Source of the DNA: Ginglymostoma cirratum
Taxonomy: Eukaryota
Assembly (NCBI GenBank): GCA_024137785.1
Contig: JAHRHZ010000048.1
Location: forward strand, 10,582,661-10,646,660
Length of the DNA stretch: 64,000 nucleotides
Reading direction: 5' to 3'
Position numbers and translations under genes: made by a program. The stretch's first letter is position 1. Every line of letters begins with the position of its first letter. The notes below the pieces were generated by a model. It had not been told where the DNA came from. It saw only the letters and a program-made list of their open reading frames with translations, and ran no database searches. This document shows, piece by piece, positions 53,048 through 64,000 of the stretch.

Positions 53048-53270
53048 TTAATCACGGATGGCCAAGCAATAAAAAAAATCCCAATGGCCTGCCATGTAAT
53101 AATATTCTTGTATTACCTAAATGTGACAGAAACAACGTAATCTCCAGACACATCCTAGATGTTGAGTGCTACAGGGAAGATAGACTGTGGCCTATTGTCT
53201 GGGTATTTCACTTATTTTCATGTTGATTTCATAAATGGATATCACTGTAAAGGGTATATCGCAACATGCC

Positions 53271-53623
53271 ATAGAATTTTAGAATCATGATGGTATGGAA
53301 GCAGGCTATTTGGTCCACTGAGTGCACACTGACCCTCCAAAGAGCATCATACCCAGACCCACCCCCCTACACTAACCCTGCATTTCCCACGGATAATTCA
53401 CCTAGGCTGCAAATTCCTGGATACTGTGGGCAATCTAGCATGGCCAATCTACCTAACCTGTGCATCTTTGGACTGTGGGAGGAAACTGGATTATCCAAGG
53501 AAACCCATGCAGACACAGGGTGAATGTGCAAACTCCGCTCAGACTGTCGCCCAGGGTTGAAAACAAATCTGGGTCCCTAGTGTTGTGAGGCAGCAGTGCT
53601 AACCACTGAGCCACCGTGCCACC
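53271..53623 (-). mobile_element. HE1-like V-SINE (near full length, reverse)
   Basis: Reverse complement begins ggtggcacggtggctcagtggttagcactgctgcctcacaacac. Same body and tail as the + copies. Confidence 0.92.
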
Positions 53624-54349
53624 TCCTGCCTTGTGGGCTTTTGAAACAGGGCAACAGCAATGAAGTGAGAGCAGGTTCAAGAAGAAGGTTAGTCCCTTCA
53701 CCATGCTGCATGTAGGCCAGGCATGCTTCCTCTTTGCATCCCAATCTCCACAAGAGAAACTCCCCTACTTTTTCTCCAGATATCAAGATCGGACACTTTC
53801 CTGAAATTAGACCTGTTCCACCTGTATTGGTAGTTTGTCTCCCATTTCAGAACTAGACCTACATAAGCCTACAGCCTATCCCTGTGTGTAGTTTCTACCT
53901 GCCAAACCTGACTTCTGAACAGGGGCTCATTAGGGGCAACTAATTGCAATGCGTGGAATTAAAATTCAACAGCGGGTGGGGAAGCTCAGATTTCTGTATT
54001 TATCACCAGCATCTACACTCCACTTATCCCCAAAGCTTCCATGACACTGGCAAGTAGAAAATCCTACCAGCTGTCACGAATATTTTGCATTTTCATTGAT
54101 AACTGCACTGGCAGTGCATCATTCCTGTGTTCATCCCCCCATCATAAATCGTTAGTAAAACACCACCCCAGCATTGATGGGAAGATCAAACTCAAAAGAT
54201 GGTTTACAAGTACTGCAAGACATCTGATGAGGTTTTGTACTAAAGGTCACTAGCTAAGCTTTATGTTGTGGCATTCAAGACTTTGGCTATGGAGACAAAA
54301 GTGACTGAAGAATAGAGAACAGTAGACACAGGTAGGAGGTCAACATACA

Positions 54350-55200
54350 GATGGGGAAGCATAGAATGGGGTGCCCAAAAGTTCATTATTAAAGTCAATA
54401 CTATTTATAATTTACTTCAATGGCCCAGTTGTTGAAACTCAGTGCAAGTTGGTTAAATTTGTAGGTGATACCAATTTGGACTTGAAGCATCTATCTCAAG
54501 AATTGTAGGACGAAGTAAGCAAAATGTGTAAGTGAAAGTTAATGTCATCAGAAATAAAGTAAAACCATAGGAAGGGAAAAAGGGAAACAACGCATATGCA
54601 GCAAATGGAACTGAAATAGCTAAAGACTAAAAATTTATAAGACAATAGTACACTATATGCTCAATGTGTCCAGCAATGGTCTACATAGCCCACAACACTG
54701 TGTTACAATTCAAAGGATAATACAATGCATTGGAGTAAATAATCAATTCATACAGTGATCTGACCAGATGAACAATGGGAATTTATGTTTGCTGAGAAAC
54801 ATAGGAGAGACTCAAACATTGAAGATGATGAAAAGAAGTCTGACAAGGTTAATCATCATAATCTGGGTCTACTTTATGAGGAGAGATCTGGGGAGAACTG
54901 AAATCTTCACCCTGGAGGGAAAGCAACCAAATGGTGAGAAAGTAGAGGTAAATCAGACAGGAAAATATTATCTAAATAGCAAACATCTAAATATCACCTG
55001 ATATTGAACTGCAGGTTAAAACAAAAGGCACATAAATTCAAAGTAGCAAAATTGAACGTGAGGATTAATATTAGGAGGCAATTCTCCACGTAAAAAGTGA
55101 TCAAGATTTTGAATGGTCTTTTGGAAAGAATGTTGGAATCATGTAAAAAGTAATTAAAGGCAATAATTGGGAATGTAGGGTCAAGCCGGCTAGATTAATG
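54350..55200 (+). mobile_element. Old, highly degenerate CR1 LINE fragment
   Basis: ggggtgccca (GVP), aaatttgtaggtgatacc (decayed KFADDT), and later attaggaggcaattctccacgtaaaaagtgatcaagattttgaatggtct, resembling the ORF2 C-terminus. Confidence 0.5.
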
Positions 55201-56549
55201 TCAATTAAATAGCCTTCCTTATCCAAAAATATATTGTGCTCATGTATGGTTTTAACTTCAATGAGCATAGAACCAATTTTATTTAAGTATGTGTCCTAAT
55301 AAAAGACCTACAATAGATTATCATGCATTTGAAAACAAACTGAATAAAAATCAGAATTAAAACTGATTAGAAGGCAATTAAAATTCACTGTATTAAAATA
55401 CTGTAGTATTAAAATTCACTGAATTGGCTAGTAATAGGAACAACCAATAATTTATGTGTTGAAGTCAAGCTGAATTTCAATGCCAGTTTAAAAATGAGTA
55501 GCTAGGGACTTAAGGGCTGGTAGATAAAGGACATTAACTGTGCAGTATGGAACAAAACTCGTATTCCTTAAAATGTCCATTACATCTGTTGGTGAGCAGT
55601 CAGCCAATCTGCCAGAATGTTAAATCATGAAACAGTACGACTTGAGATCAAACTCAAGCTTCATCACACTATAACTCATGTGACTGTGAAGCTTTTTCAG
55701 CCAAGGTCAGGGGTTAAAGGGAAAATAAGAATGAACAACTCAAGAACATGTATGCACTCCTGCAGTGGGAGTAGGTAATCTTAAAGAAAAGTGTCTCGAT
55801 TAATTGTCATCAATTGAGTTTAATTTTGCAAAATTTGAATCCACACAGGCAAGTCTTTCACAGTGGTCGTACAATATATGTGTATAAAGTTTGTGCCTTT
55901 CCCTTAACACTTAACAGCACTTTCAAACTGGTGTAAAGTTATGAGTTTAAATAAAGTTATGAGTTGTGACAGAAGAAATTTTTTTCAGGTACATCTGACT
56001 TATTTACTTCATTGTAAGGTAACAAAATCTTCAATCAGAGTTAGTCTGTCTGCCAAGATCAGTTACTTTTGGCGGGAAATTGGAAGAGCCAGAATTTGGC
56101 ATTTTCCTTGGGAGATCTCATAAAAGCAACTCATTCTTCCATGATACTTTCATGACTGTGTAATTATAATATTACATATTTAGTAAAGATAGCCAATCTG
56201 TTTGTCAAATAGACATGGAATTTTACAGAATGGCTCCGAGCCATCCAATGAGCACCCTTAAGGTTTTCAACTGGTATTGGAACTAGACTTATGAAGAAAT
56301 CACGACAGGTCTTTTGAAATTCAATGAACATTTCTGATGGTAAACAGGAACTCCCCAACAATAGGTCCCCTGGAGGTGTGAATAGTTCTGCCTTGTTCAC
56401 CACAACCTGATAACAAAAGCCATTCAAGTAATGGCTAAGACAGTTAAAAAGATTAATTATCTCAACCAGAAGACCACACATAATCTACAAACACACGACA
56501 ACAGTTTTGGGATATCAGCCATTTTAACTTTTGATCAGTATAAAACAGG

Positions 56550-56748
56550 CTATGAGTAACCATGAGATAACAAGGTGTAGAGTTGGATGAACACAGCAGG
56601 CCAAGCATTTCCGAAGAAGGGTCTAGGCCCGAAACATCAGCCTTCCTGCTCCTCTGATGCTGCTTGGCCTGCTGTGTTCATCCAGCTCTACACCTTGTTA
56701 TCTCAGATTCTCCAGCATCTGCAGTTCCTACTATCTATGAGTAACCAT
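56550..56748 (+). mobile_element. Miniature PLE insertion: inverted pLTR + pLTR + tail, with 14-bp target-site duplication
   Basis: ctatgagtaaccat at 56550-56563 and 56735-56748. 56563-56607 is the reverse complement of 56661-56705 with one mismatch. About 30-nt unpaired 3' tail. Degenerate hammerhead box ccgaagaagggtctaggcccgaaacatc. Confidence 0.9.
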
Positions 56749-57715
56749 TTTGTGTAGAACCCACAAGGAAGAACTGTGGAAGACACCAACAAAAAAAAGG
56801 GTTCCCAGCCAAAGGGAGTATAACCTTCATCTTTATGCATAACTATTATCTTTAATTACTTTAAAGTTTTGCATCTCTATTTTATCTCTATGGGCGTACC
56901 ATTTTTTAATTGTACAGTGTTTTTCAATACTTTAGCAATAAACAAACCTTAATCTTGCTTAAGACTAAAGCCTTGCTGCTGATTTATTCAAATTAAAACA
57001 CTTGAAAACTAAAAGGGAGCTATAAAAGAGGTATGCAAATTTAGAACACTATGAGCATATGGCCAGTGTGGTTCTAACAATATAATGATGTTTGGAAATA
57101 AATGATACCGTTATGTTGGGTCCAGCAAACAACAGGTTGCTACTTGAATCCTTTTCAACCAAAATAATGGACCTTTTAAAACTTGCTGCTCCAAATTTAG
57201 GATAGTAGTTTTATTTTCAGAGATAGTCAAACGATTCGACGCAGATAACTCTGAATTATGTGCAAGCAAAATATATTTGGCCAAAAACATATAAAATAAT
57301 GCAGGGTGCTCTGAGCAAAACATGGCTCTCACACACCAACAATCAATGGATTGAATTTTTGGTGACTATTGGAATCAGGCTTTTGGGCAGATGGGGCTGT
57401 AATTAGGCTTGCTAGCTGGCATTCCTGTTTCATGGCATGTAGTGGGTAGCCAATTTACCTGATTAAGGATTATTTAAACCCAATTAAAGAAGACAAGTTG
57501 GAATGTTACGATCAACCTTCCATTACCCAGCAGCGAGCTAGGGCCAGCTTGGTCCAATATTTCAGGTGAGCCTAGAGGGCTCTCAACATTACAAGAGCAG
57601 CTACAGGCTATCTTTTGGATCCCCTCCTGCACCTGCCCTGACTCCCCACAGTGCTGGTCTGTCTGCTGAATCTAACTTTTAGTTAAAGTTTTCAAAACTT
57701 GGAGAAAGTGCACCA

Positions 57716-58100
57716 TCACAGAGTCATAGATTCATACAACAAGGAAACTGATCTTTTGGTCTAACCGGTCCATGCCGAACATAACCCCAAACTAAAATAA
57801 TCTCATCTGCCTGCTCCTGGTCCACATCCCTCCAAACCTTTCCTATTCATGTGCTTATCTCAGTGTCTTTTAAACATTGTGATTGTACTGACATCCACCA
57901 CCTCCTCAGGAAGTTCATTCCGCGTGAGAATGACACCGTAAAAAAATTACCCCTCATTTCTTTTTAAAATCTCCCTCCTCTCACCTTAAAAATGTGTCCT
58001 CTAGTCTTGAAATCCCCCATCCTAGGGAAAAGACACCTACCATTAACCTTATCTATACTCCTCTTGATTTTATAAACCTCTATAAACCTCAACCTCCAAC
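57716..58100 (-). mobile_element. CR1-type LINE 3' fragment
   Basis: Aligns visibly with 46223-46600 (ccatgccga..a.aa.cccaaactaaa; tctcacctt.aaaa; ggaaaagacacctaccattaacc). Confidence 0.9.
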
Positions 58101-58547
58101 ACACCCGTGAACAAGTCCCATGCTGAAGCACCCTATCTGTCACTTGCCTCCTGTTTCAGCCTGCTATTTCTCTCAAACTAGAAGGTCTCCGATTTGGCTC
58201 CCAGCTTTGAGAGCACACCCCTCCCCTTTATTTGGACTGAGAATTTGTCTCCATGCCAATTTCACGCTGCCATTAAAATCCCAATCAGCAACTGTTTTGT
58301 CTGGATGGAAAACTCAGCCCAATATGCTTGTTGCCTTCAGTAGTGTGATGTGCTCCATTAAATCACTTAGTTTTATACGGATCACACAATTCTGATTCAA
58401 TGCTGCAGTTGATCTCATTGGATTGTATATGATACATTCTTTTATAGTTGTACAACTTTGGAAATGTCACAGGAATTTTAACAAAAAGAAATAAACCCAT
58501 GAGGACTGGTTGAAACTGAAAAGAACAGCTGAGTCACAGCAAGCAGT

Positions 58548-59125
58548 AATACCTGAATGATGAGATAACAAGGTGTAGGGCTGGATGAACACAGCAGGCC
58601 AAGCAGCATCAGAGGAGCAGGAAAGCTGANNNNNNNNNNNNNNNNNNNNNNNNNNNNNNNNNNNNNNNNNNNNNNNNNNNNNNNNNNNNNNNNNNNNNNN
58701 NNNNNNNNNNNNNNNNNNNNNNNNNNNNNNNNNNNNNNNNNNNNNNNNNNNNNNNNNNNNNNNNNNNNNNNNNNNNNNNNNNNNNNNNNNNNNNNNNNNN
58801 NNNNNNNNNNNNNNNNNNNNNNNNNNNNNNNNNNNNNNNNNNNNNNNNNNNNNNNNNNNNNNNNNNNNNNNNNNNNNNNNNNNNNNNNNNNNNNNNNNNN
58901 NNNNNNNNNNNNNNNNNNNNNNNNNNNNNNNNNNNNNNNNNNNNNNNNNNNNNNNNNNNNNNNNNNNNNNNNNNNNNNNNNNNNNNNNNNNNNNNNNNNN
59001 NNNNNNNNNNNNNNNNNNNNNNNNNNNNNTGCTGCTTGGCCTGCTGTGTTCATCCAGCCCTACACCTTGTTTTCTCAGATTCACCAGCATCTGCAGTTCC
59101 TAGTATCTCCAATACCTGAATGATG
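58548..59125 (+). mobile_element. PLE insertion with inverted termini and 15-bp TSD, spanning an assembly gap
   Basis: aatacctgaatgatg at 58548-58562 and 59111-59125. The left arm tgagataacaaggtgtagggctggatgaacacagcaggccaagcagca is the reverse complement of the right arm 59030-59078. A tail follows. Confidence 0.88.
58630..59029. other. Assembly gap (400 N)
   Basis: Run of N characters. Confidence 1.
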
Positions 59126-59467
59126 CTGTTTCCTCCTCAATTGACCATCTCATGTTCCTTCCATTTAACTAATACTCATTTTCTACTAGTACCTCCCTTC
59201 TATTCTGTGGTTATGCTGGCTCAATGTAAGTTAGAAAATAACCCTGGCTTGTTAATTCAGATCACATTAGTTAATAATCATGTCATAAGTCACTGAACCT
59301 AGTACTGTCTGCTACAGTGACATAGAAATATATTAGAGTATATTTGAGCACACTGCCTTACAACTAAATCCTTGATACTTGCCATTTGGCATTCAAGATC
59401 AACTCAATCAGCAAGGCAATGGTGATATGTTGCAGAGAGCAGAAAGAGGTGAATCATTCATTTCCAC

Positions 59468-60795
59468 AAACATAGAAACATTGAAGATAGGAGCAGGAGT
59501 AGGCCACTCAACCCCTTGAACCTGATCCACCATTCATTATGATCAATGCTGATCATTGACCTCAATAACCTAATCCTGCTCTCACAACATATCTCTTGAT
59601 CCCTTTAGTCACAACAGCTCTACCTACCCCCTTCTTGAAAATACATAATGTTTTGGGCTCAACTATTTTCCATGGTAGTGAATTCCATAGGCTGACTACT
59701 CTCTATGTGAAGAAATTTCTCTTCATCTCTGTCCCAAAAAGGCTTGTCCCTTATCATTAAACTATGACCTTTGGTTCTGGACATCCCCTTGCCACCACCA
59801 TTATTGGGAACATCCTCCTTGCACCTAACCTGTGTAGTCATGTTAGAATTTTATAAGTTTCTATGAGATCCCCCTTCGTTCTTCTGAACTCCAGTGAATG
59901 TAATCCTAACTGACTCTCTCCTCGCATACGTCTGTCATGCCATCCCAGGAATCAATCTGGTAAACCAATGCTGCATTCCCTCTATGGCAAGAATGCCCTT
60001 CCTCAGATAAGGAGACCAAAACTGCACACAGTATTCCAGGTGTGGCTTCACCAATGCCCTGTGTAATTACAGCAAAACATCCTTGATCCTGTACTTGAAT
60101 CTTCTTGCTTTGAAGGCCAACACAGTTTGCCTTCTTTTTTGTCTGCCGCACCTGTGCACTTATTTTCAGCAAATGGTACATGAGGACACCCAGGTCTTGT
60201 CGAACATTTCTCTCTCTCAATTTACAGCTATTTAAATAATAATCTGACTTCATATTTTTGATACCAAAGTGGATAACCTCACAATAATCCTCATTATATT
60301 ATATCAATTCACTCACTCAGCCTGTCCAAATCACACTGCAACATTGCTGCATCCTCCTTACACCCAGCTTTGTGTCATCTGCAAATTTTGAGGTGCTACA
60401 TTTAGTTGCCGCATCTAAATCATTAACATATATTGTAAAAAGTTAAGTACCATGTACCAATTCCGGTGATAGTCACAGTGATTTAGTAGTCACTACCTGC
60501 CATTCAGGAAAAAAGAACTCCCATTTATTCCTACTCTTCCTTGCCTGTCTGCTAACCAATTTTCTATCCAGCTGAACACATTATCTCCAATCCCATGCTC
60601 TTTAATTTTACACATTTATCTCTTCTTTGGGACTTTGTCGAAAGCCTTCTGAAAGTCCAAATAAACCATATCCACCAGCTACCCTGATCGATGCAGAGAG
60701 TTACGTCTTCAAAGAATTCATGCAGCTTTGTCTAGGATTTGTAAATCCATGCTGGCTGTATCCAAATCCACTGTTTTCTAAGTATTCCAAGCCCA
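59468..60795 (-). mobile_element. CR1-type LINE fragment (RT region to 3' end), pseudogenised
   Basis: gtgtcatctgcaaattt encodes KFADDT on minus. cacagtattccaggtgtggc encodes PHLEYC. gaaagcctt gives KAF. Tail catagaaaca...ggagcaggagtaggcc. Frameshifted. Confidence 0.9.
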
Positions 60796-60828
60796 TTTCT
60801 GTTGAGTGAAAAGCGTCTGTTATAATTT

Positions 60829-61188
60829 GGGGAGGCAATGGCCTAGTGGTAATATTGATAAACTATTAATTCAGAGGCCCAGACAATGTTCTGCAGACCT
60901 GGGTTCAAATTCTGTCAAAGCAGAGGATGGAATTTGGGAAAAGAGAATCTGGAATTAAGAGTCGAATGATAACTGTGAAACCGCTATCAATTGTCAGGGA
61001 AGAAAAAAAAATCTGATTAACTAATGCCCTATAGGGAAGAAAATCTATCATCTTTACGTCGTCTGGTCTAGATGTGACCCTGAACCCACAGCAATCTGGT
61101 TGACTCATTACTGCCCTCTGAGCAATTAGGGATGTGCAATAAATGCTGGCTTAGCCATTGACACCCACATCCCGTGATTGAATTAAAT
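60829..61188 (+). mobile_element. Second tRNA-derived SINE family
   Basis: A box TGGCCTAGTGG, B-box-like GGTTCAAATTC, a body unlike HE1, and tail gcaataaatgctggcttagcc..gacacccacatcccgtgattgaatt. Confidence 0.8.
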
Positions 61189-61423
61189 AGGATCCTGCCA
61201 TACTAACTGGTTGTTATTAATGTTTTTATATTTCAGTATCAAATATTCAGTATCAAGTCATAAGAATGTTATTTGCTTTCTTCTACACTTTAATATCTTC
61301 TTTTCAATGAATAGGTGGATCAGAAGGTAGCAACTAATACATAAAAGAGAGCATTAGACCCAAATAGACATAACATAAAACACAAAAACCTCTTCAGTTA
61401 TGACCTAAGGTAAGTAATACATA

Positions 61424-61640
61424 TAGAGTCATAAAGGCATAGAACTCCACAGCACAGCAAAAGGCCCTTCGGCCCATCGAGTCTGACCAGTAAAAAGCAA
61501 CCACTTCACTATTCTAATCTCATTTTCCAGCACTTGGCCCACTTAGCCTTGGCATCACAAGTGTACACCTAAATGCCTCTTAAATGTTATGAGGGATTCT
61601 CTAAGGATGCCTCTACCACCCTTACAGGCAGTGAGATTCT
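61424..61640 (-). mobile_element. CR1 3'-terminal fragment
   Basis: atagagtcata...cagcacagcaaaaggcccttcggcccatcgagtctg...tgcctctaccacccttacaggcagtg, a typical CR1 tail in reverse. Confidence 0.75.
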
Positions 61641-63004
61641 AGTGAGTTCAAAACTCATCAAATATGATGTATTAATGAGAAGTGTAGCAGAAGTGGTAGA
61701 TATGATTTCAATTGATTTCACTTCCATTGTTGCTAGAGGATTTCAAAATATACATTAATGAAGATGCACTCAATTCTTTAATTACATACCATCAAACTGT
61801 ATTATTGCAAACTTGCAAGAATCATTAAAGTGGTTTGCCTTATCAACATTTGAATTATTGACAGCACTGGAGCTCCCCAGTGGCACCAGGGAAAATGTTT
61901 AAAGAATGAAAGTTGGCCATTACTGAGTTTATATTTGTGGTACACATATTTGTTTTACTTATCATTAAGATTTTAGATTTTCATCTAATCATAGTCTATT
62001 TAATTCTGTGACAAACACAGCACCACTCCCACCTCAAAATTGTAAGATTTGTTTTATTGCAGGAATGTTAGAATGGAAGGAATCCTGGATTCATACATGG
62101 TTTTTCGAATTTTTGTATCTAATATTAAGCCAGTAAACAAAACTAAAAATTTTGTTGTGTATGAAAAATTAACTGCCCAGATTACTTAATTAGTTGAAAT
62201 TCGTGGTCACATCATTGCTCCTTACTCTTGAATGCATGCTCCCAAAAACCTTTTTGCAAATGTGGCAAAGAAATAATCTGTAAAGTTAACCCTGAGCTAA
62301 GTAAGCACATGAAAATGAAAGCATCCGAATAATGTAACATATAATATATCTATTTTCATATTTTAAGATTCTAGCTACTATCAAAATAGGCACTAATGTT
62401 GTACGCAGATGAAAGGCAGGATTTAAATTTTCTGGCGTGACTTCCACTGATATTTCACAATGACAATCATTAAAAGGCACAGCTGGTAGCCAATTGTACA
62501 ATAGTGAAGTGTAGTGTACGATGCAGTGCAGTGTGTTAATTTATCCTTATCACTACTAGTCATATTTTAAAAATGAATTATAAAAAAAATGAAATCTAGA
62601 TCATAGTTTGACCCATTCTAGTCACATAGGAGGGAGCGCTTAAAATCCAGGTGCCACCAGGGAAATAAATTTATCTGGTAACTTCTTATTACATTGGAAA
62701 AAGAGAGTAAAATTATAAGTCTCATCAAATTCCTGTGGTTATTCCAAGTTGAACATTCTGACCATTTTCTTTCAAATCGTATATGTATTTGAATATTTAT
62801 AATACTTTTAACTTAGTCGAATGCCAGTACCTAATTTAACTTAATTCATAGGAGACTCACAACTTGACATCTTGGCAAACAGTTCAATCTCACTTTAAAG
62901 TATGTATATGTTTTAAGGCATTTTTAGAGGCAAAGACAAAGGATAAATAATGTAAAAATGTGGGTCCATAATAGTTCTGTTAAGTTTAGGTCAATAGCTT
63001 AATG

Positions 63005-63306
63005 AATATTACGGAAATGACTATTACGAGGGGGCTTAATTTAAAGGTGAATGGAGGAAGGTATAGGGGAGAGGTCAGAGGTAGATTCTTCACACAGAGA
63101 GTGGTGGGCGTGTGGAATGCGCTGCTGGCAGTGGTAGTGGAGCCAGATACTTTAAAGACTTTTAAGCGATTCTTGGATAGGCACATGGAGGATAGTGAAA
63201 TGTAAGGTATGCAGGGTAGATTGATCTTAGTAGGATAATAGGTCGGCACAACATCATGGGCCGAAGGGCCTGTACTGTGCTGTACTGTTCTATGTTCTAT
63301 GTTCTA
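63005..63306 (+). mobile_element. CR1 3' fragment with (GTTCTAT)n tail
   Basis: TRGLNLKVNGGRYRGEVRGRFFTQRVVGVWNAL..VVE..TLKTFKRFLDRHM*, then ggcacaacatcatgggccgaagggcctgtactgtgctgtactgttctatgttctatgttcta. Confidence 0.92.
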
Positions 63307-64000
63307 AGTTCCAACTTGTGGTTTCACAGACTCACTCTTGAGACTTCAAGCTGAATCCAACTCATGGAGGTGGGGAACAAATGTCGGGACTGTTTTGCAT
63401 CTCAGACTTACCTTTGCTAGGAAATGAATTAATTTTATGTGGATGATGTTGTAATTAGCATGGAGACATGGAGGTCCAGTTAAGGGTGATGGGCAAGCTT
63501 CCGAAGCTGAAGGGTCAGCTAGATGGTTTTCACATTCAGAGCCACACTCAGCTCCAATGCAAGGTTATTAACTGGGACAGTACTTCAACAAAAAAATGCC
63601 ATGCATTTAAAAAAATTAATAACAAGACAAAAAATAGCCAGGTCACTACTGCTGGAGGGAACCCCTCTATAGAGTGCCTTTTGACTATTTGACCCAAGCA
63701 CAAGGAGGGCCTCCTAATTCCTCATTTTTCAACGTGCCATCATTCAGATAGAATTCCAAAGAACCTCTTAGGTGGACCCTATGACAACAATTGAGGAAGG
63801 GCATGAGATGTTGTTGTGTTTTTGGGCAATATTTATCGATTGACTAATACCAATGCTATGGCATTTTGAGTTAAGAACTCATTTTTTGGGCCAAATCTCA
63901 TAAGAGTTTGAGCAATGTGGCGAGATTGGTGGCAAAGAATCCAGCAAGGTCTATCTTAATGTGGGGGATAAACTTATTGCATCCTTTCTGTATATGCGAA

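Noticed and set aside
58467-59090. Long ORFs of about 200 aa
   Set aside because: Artefacts of the N gap.

Overview
Vertebrate genomic DNA, almost certainly a cartilaginous fish (shark), judged from the HE1-type V-SINEs, CR1 LINE 3' ends and GIY-YIG Penelope-like fragments. The only protein-coding gene is NR2F2 (COUP-TFII), on the minus strand with three coding exons (30737-30317, 29597-29070, 27708-27434; 1224 nt, 407 aa). It has a TATA/DR1/CArG/GC/CCAAT promoter at about 31.4-31.6 kb, a long uORF-rich 5'UTR and a 3'UTR of up to about 2.8 kb. The window has two domains. From 1 to about 43.5 kb it is CpG-retaining, almost free of transposons and rich in enhancer-like blocks. From about 43.6 kb to the end it is CpG-depleted and full of SINE/LINE/PLE relics. 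Nothing prokaryotic or CRISPR-like is present, and I cannot claim a wholly new system. The best leads are: (1) minimal hammerhead-ribozyme motifs in tiny Penelope-derived insertions, one with helix I completed by the target-site duplication; (2) a diverged ~83-bp duplication across the CpG boundary that records methylation-driven decay; (3) a candidate upstream first exon giving a DBD-less NR2F2 isoform; (4) a NAGNAG acceptor at exon 2; (5) a chain of stop-start uORFs. All motif calls were made by eye; no database search was run.
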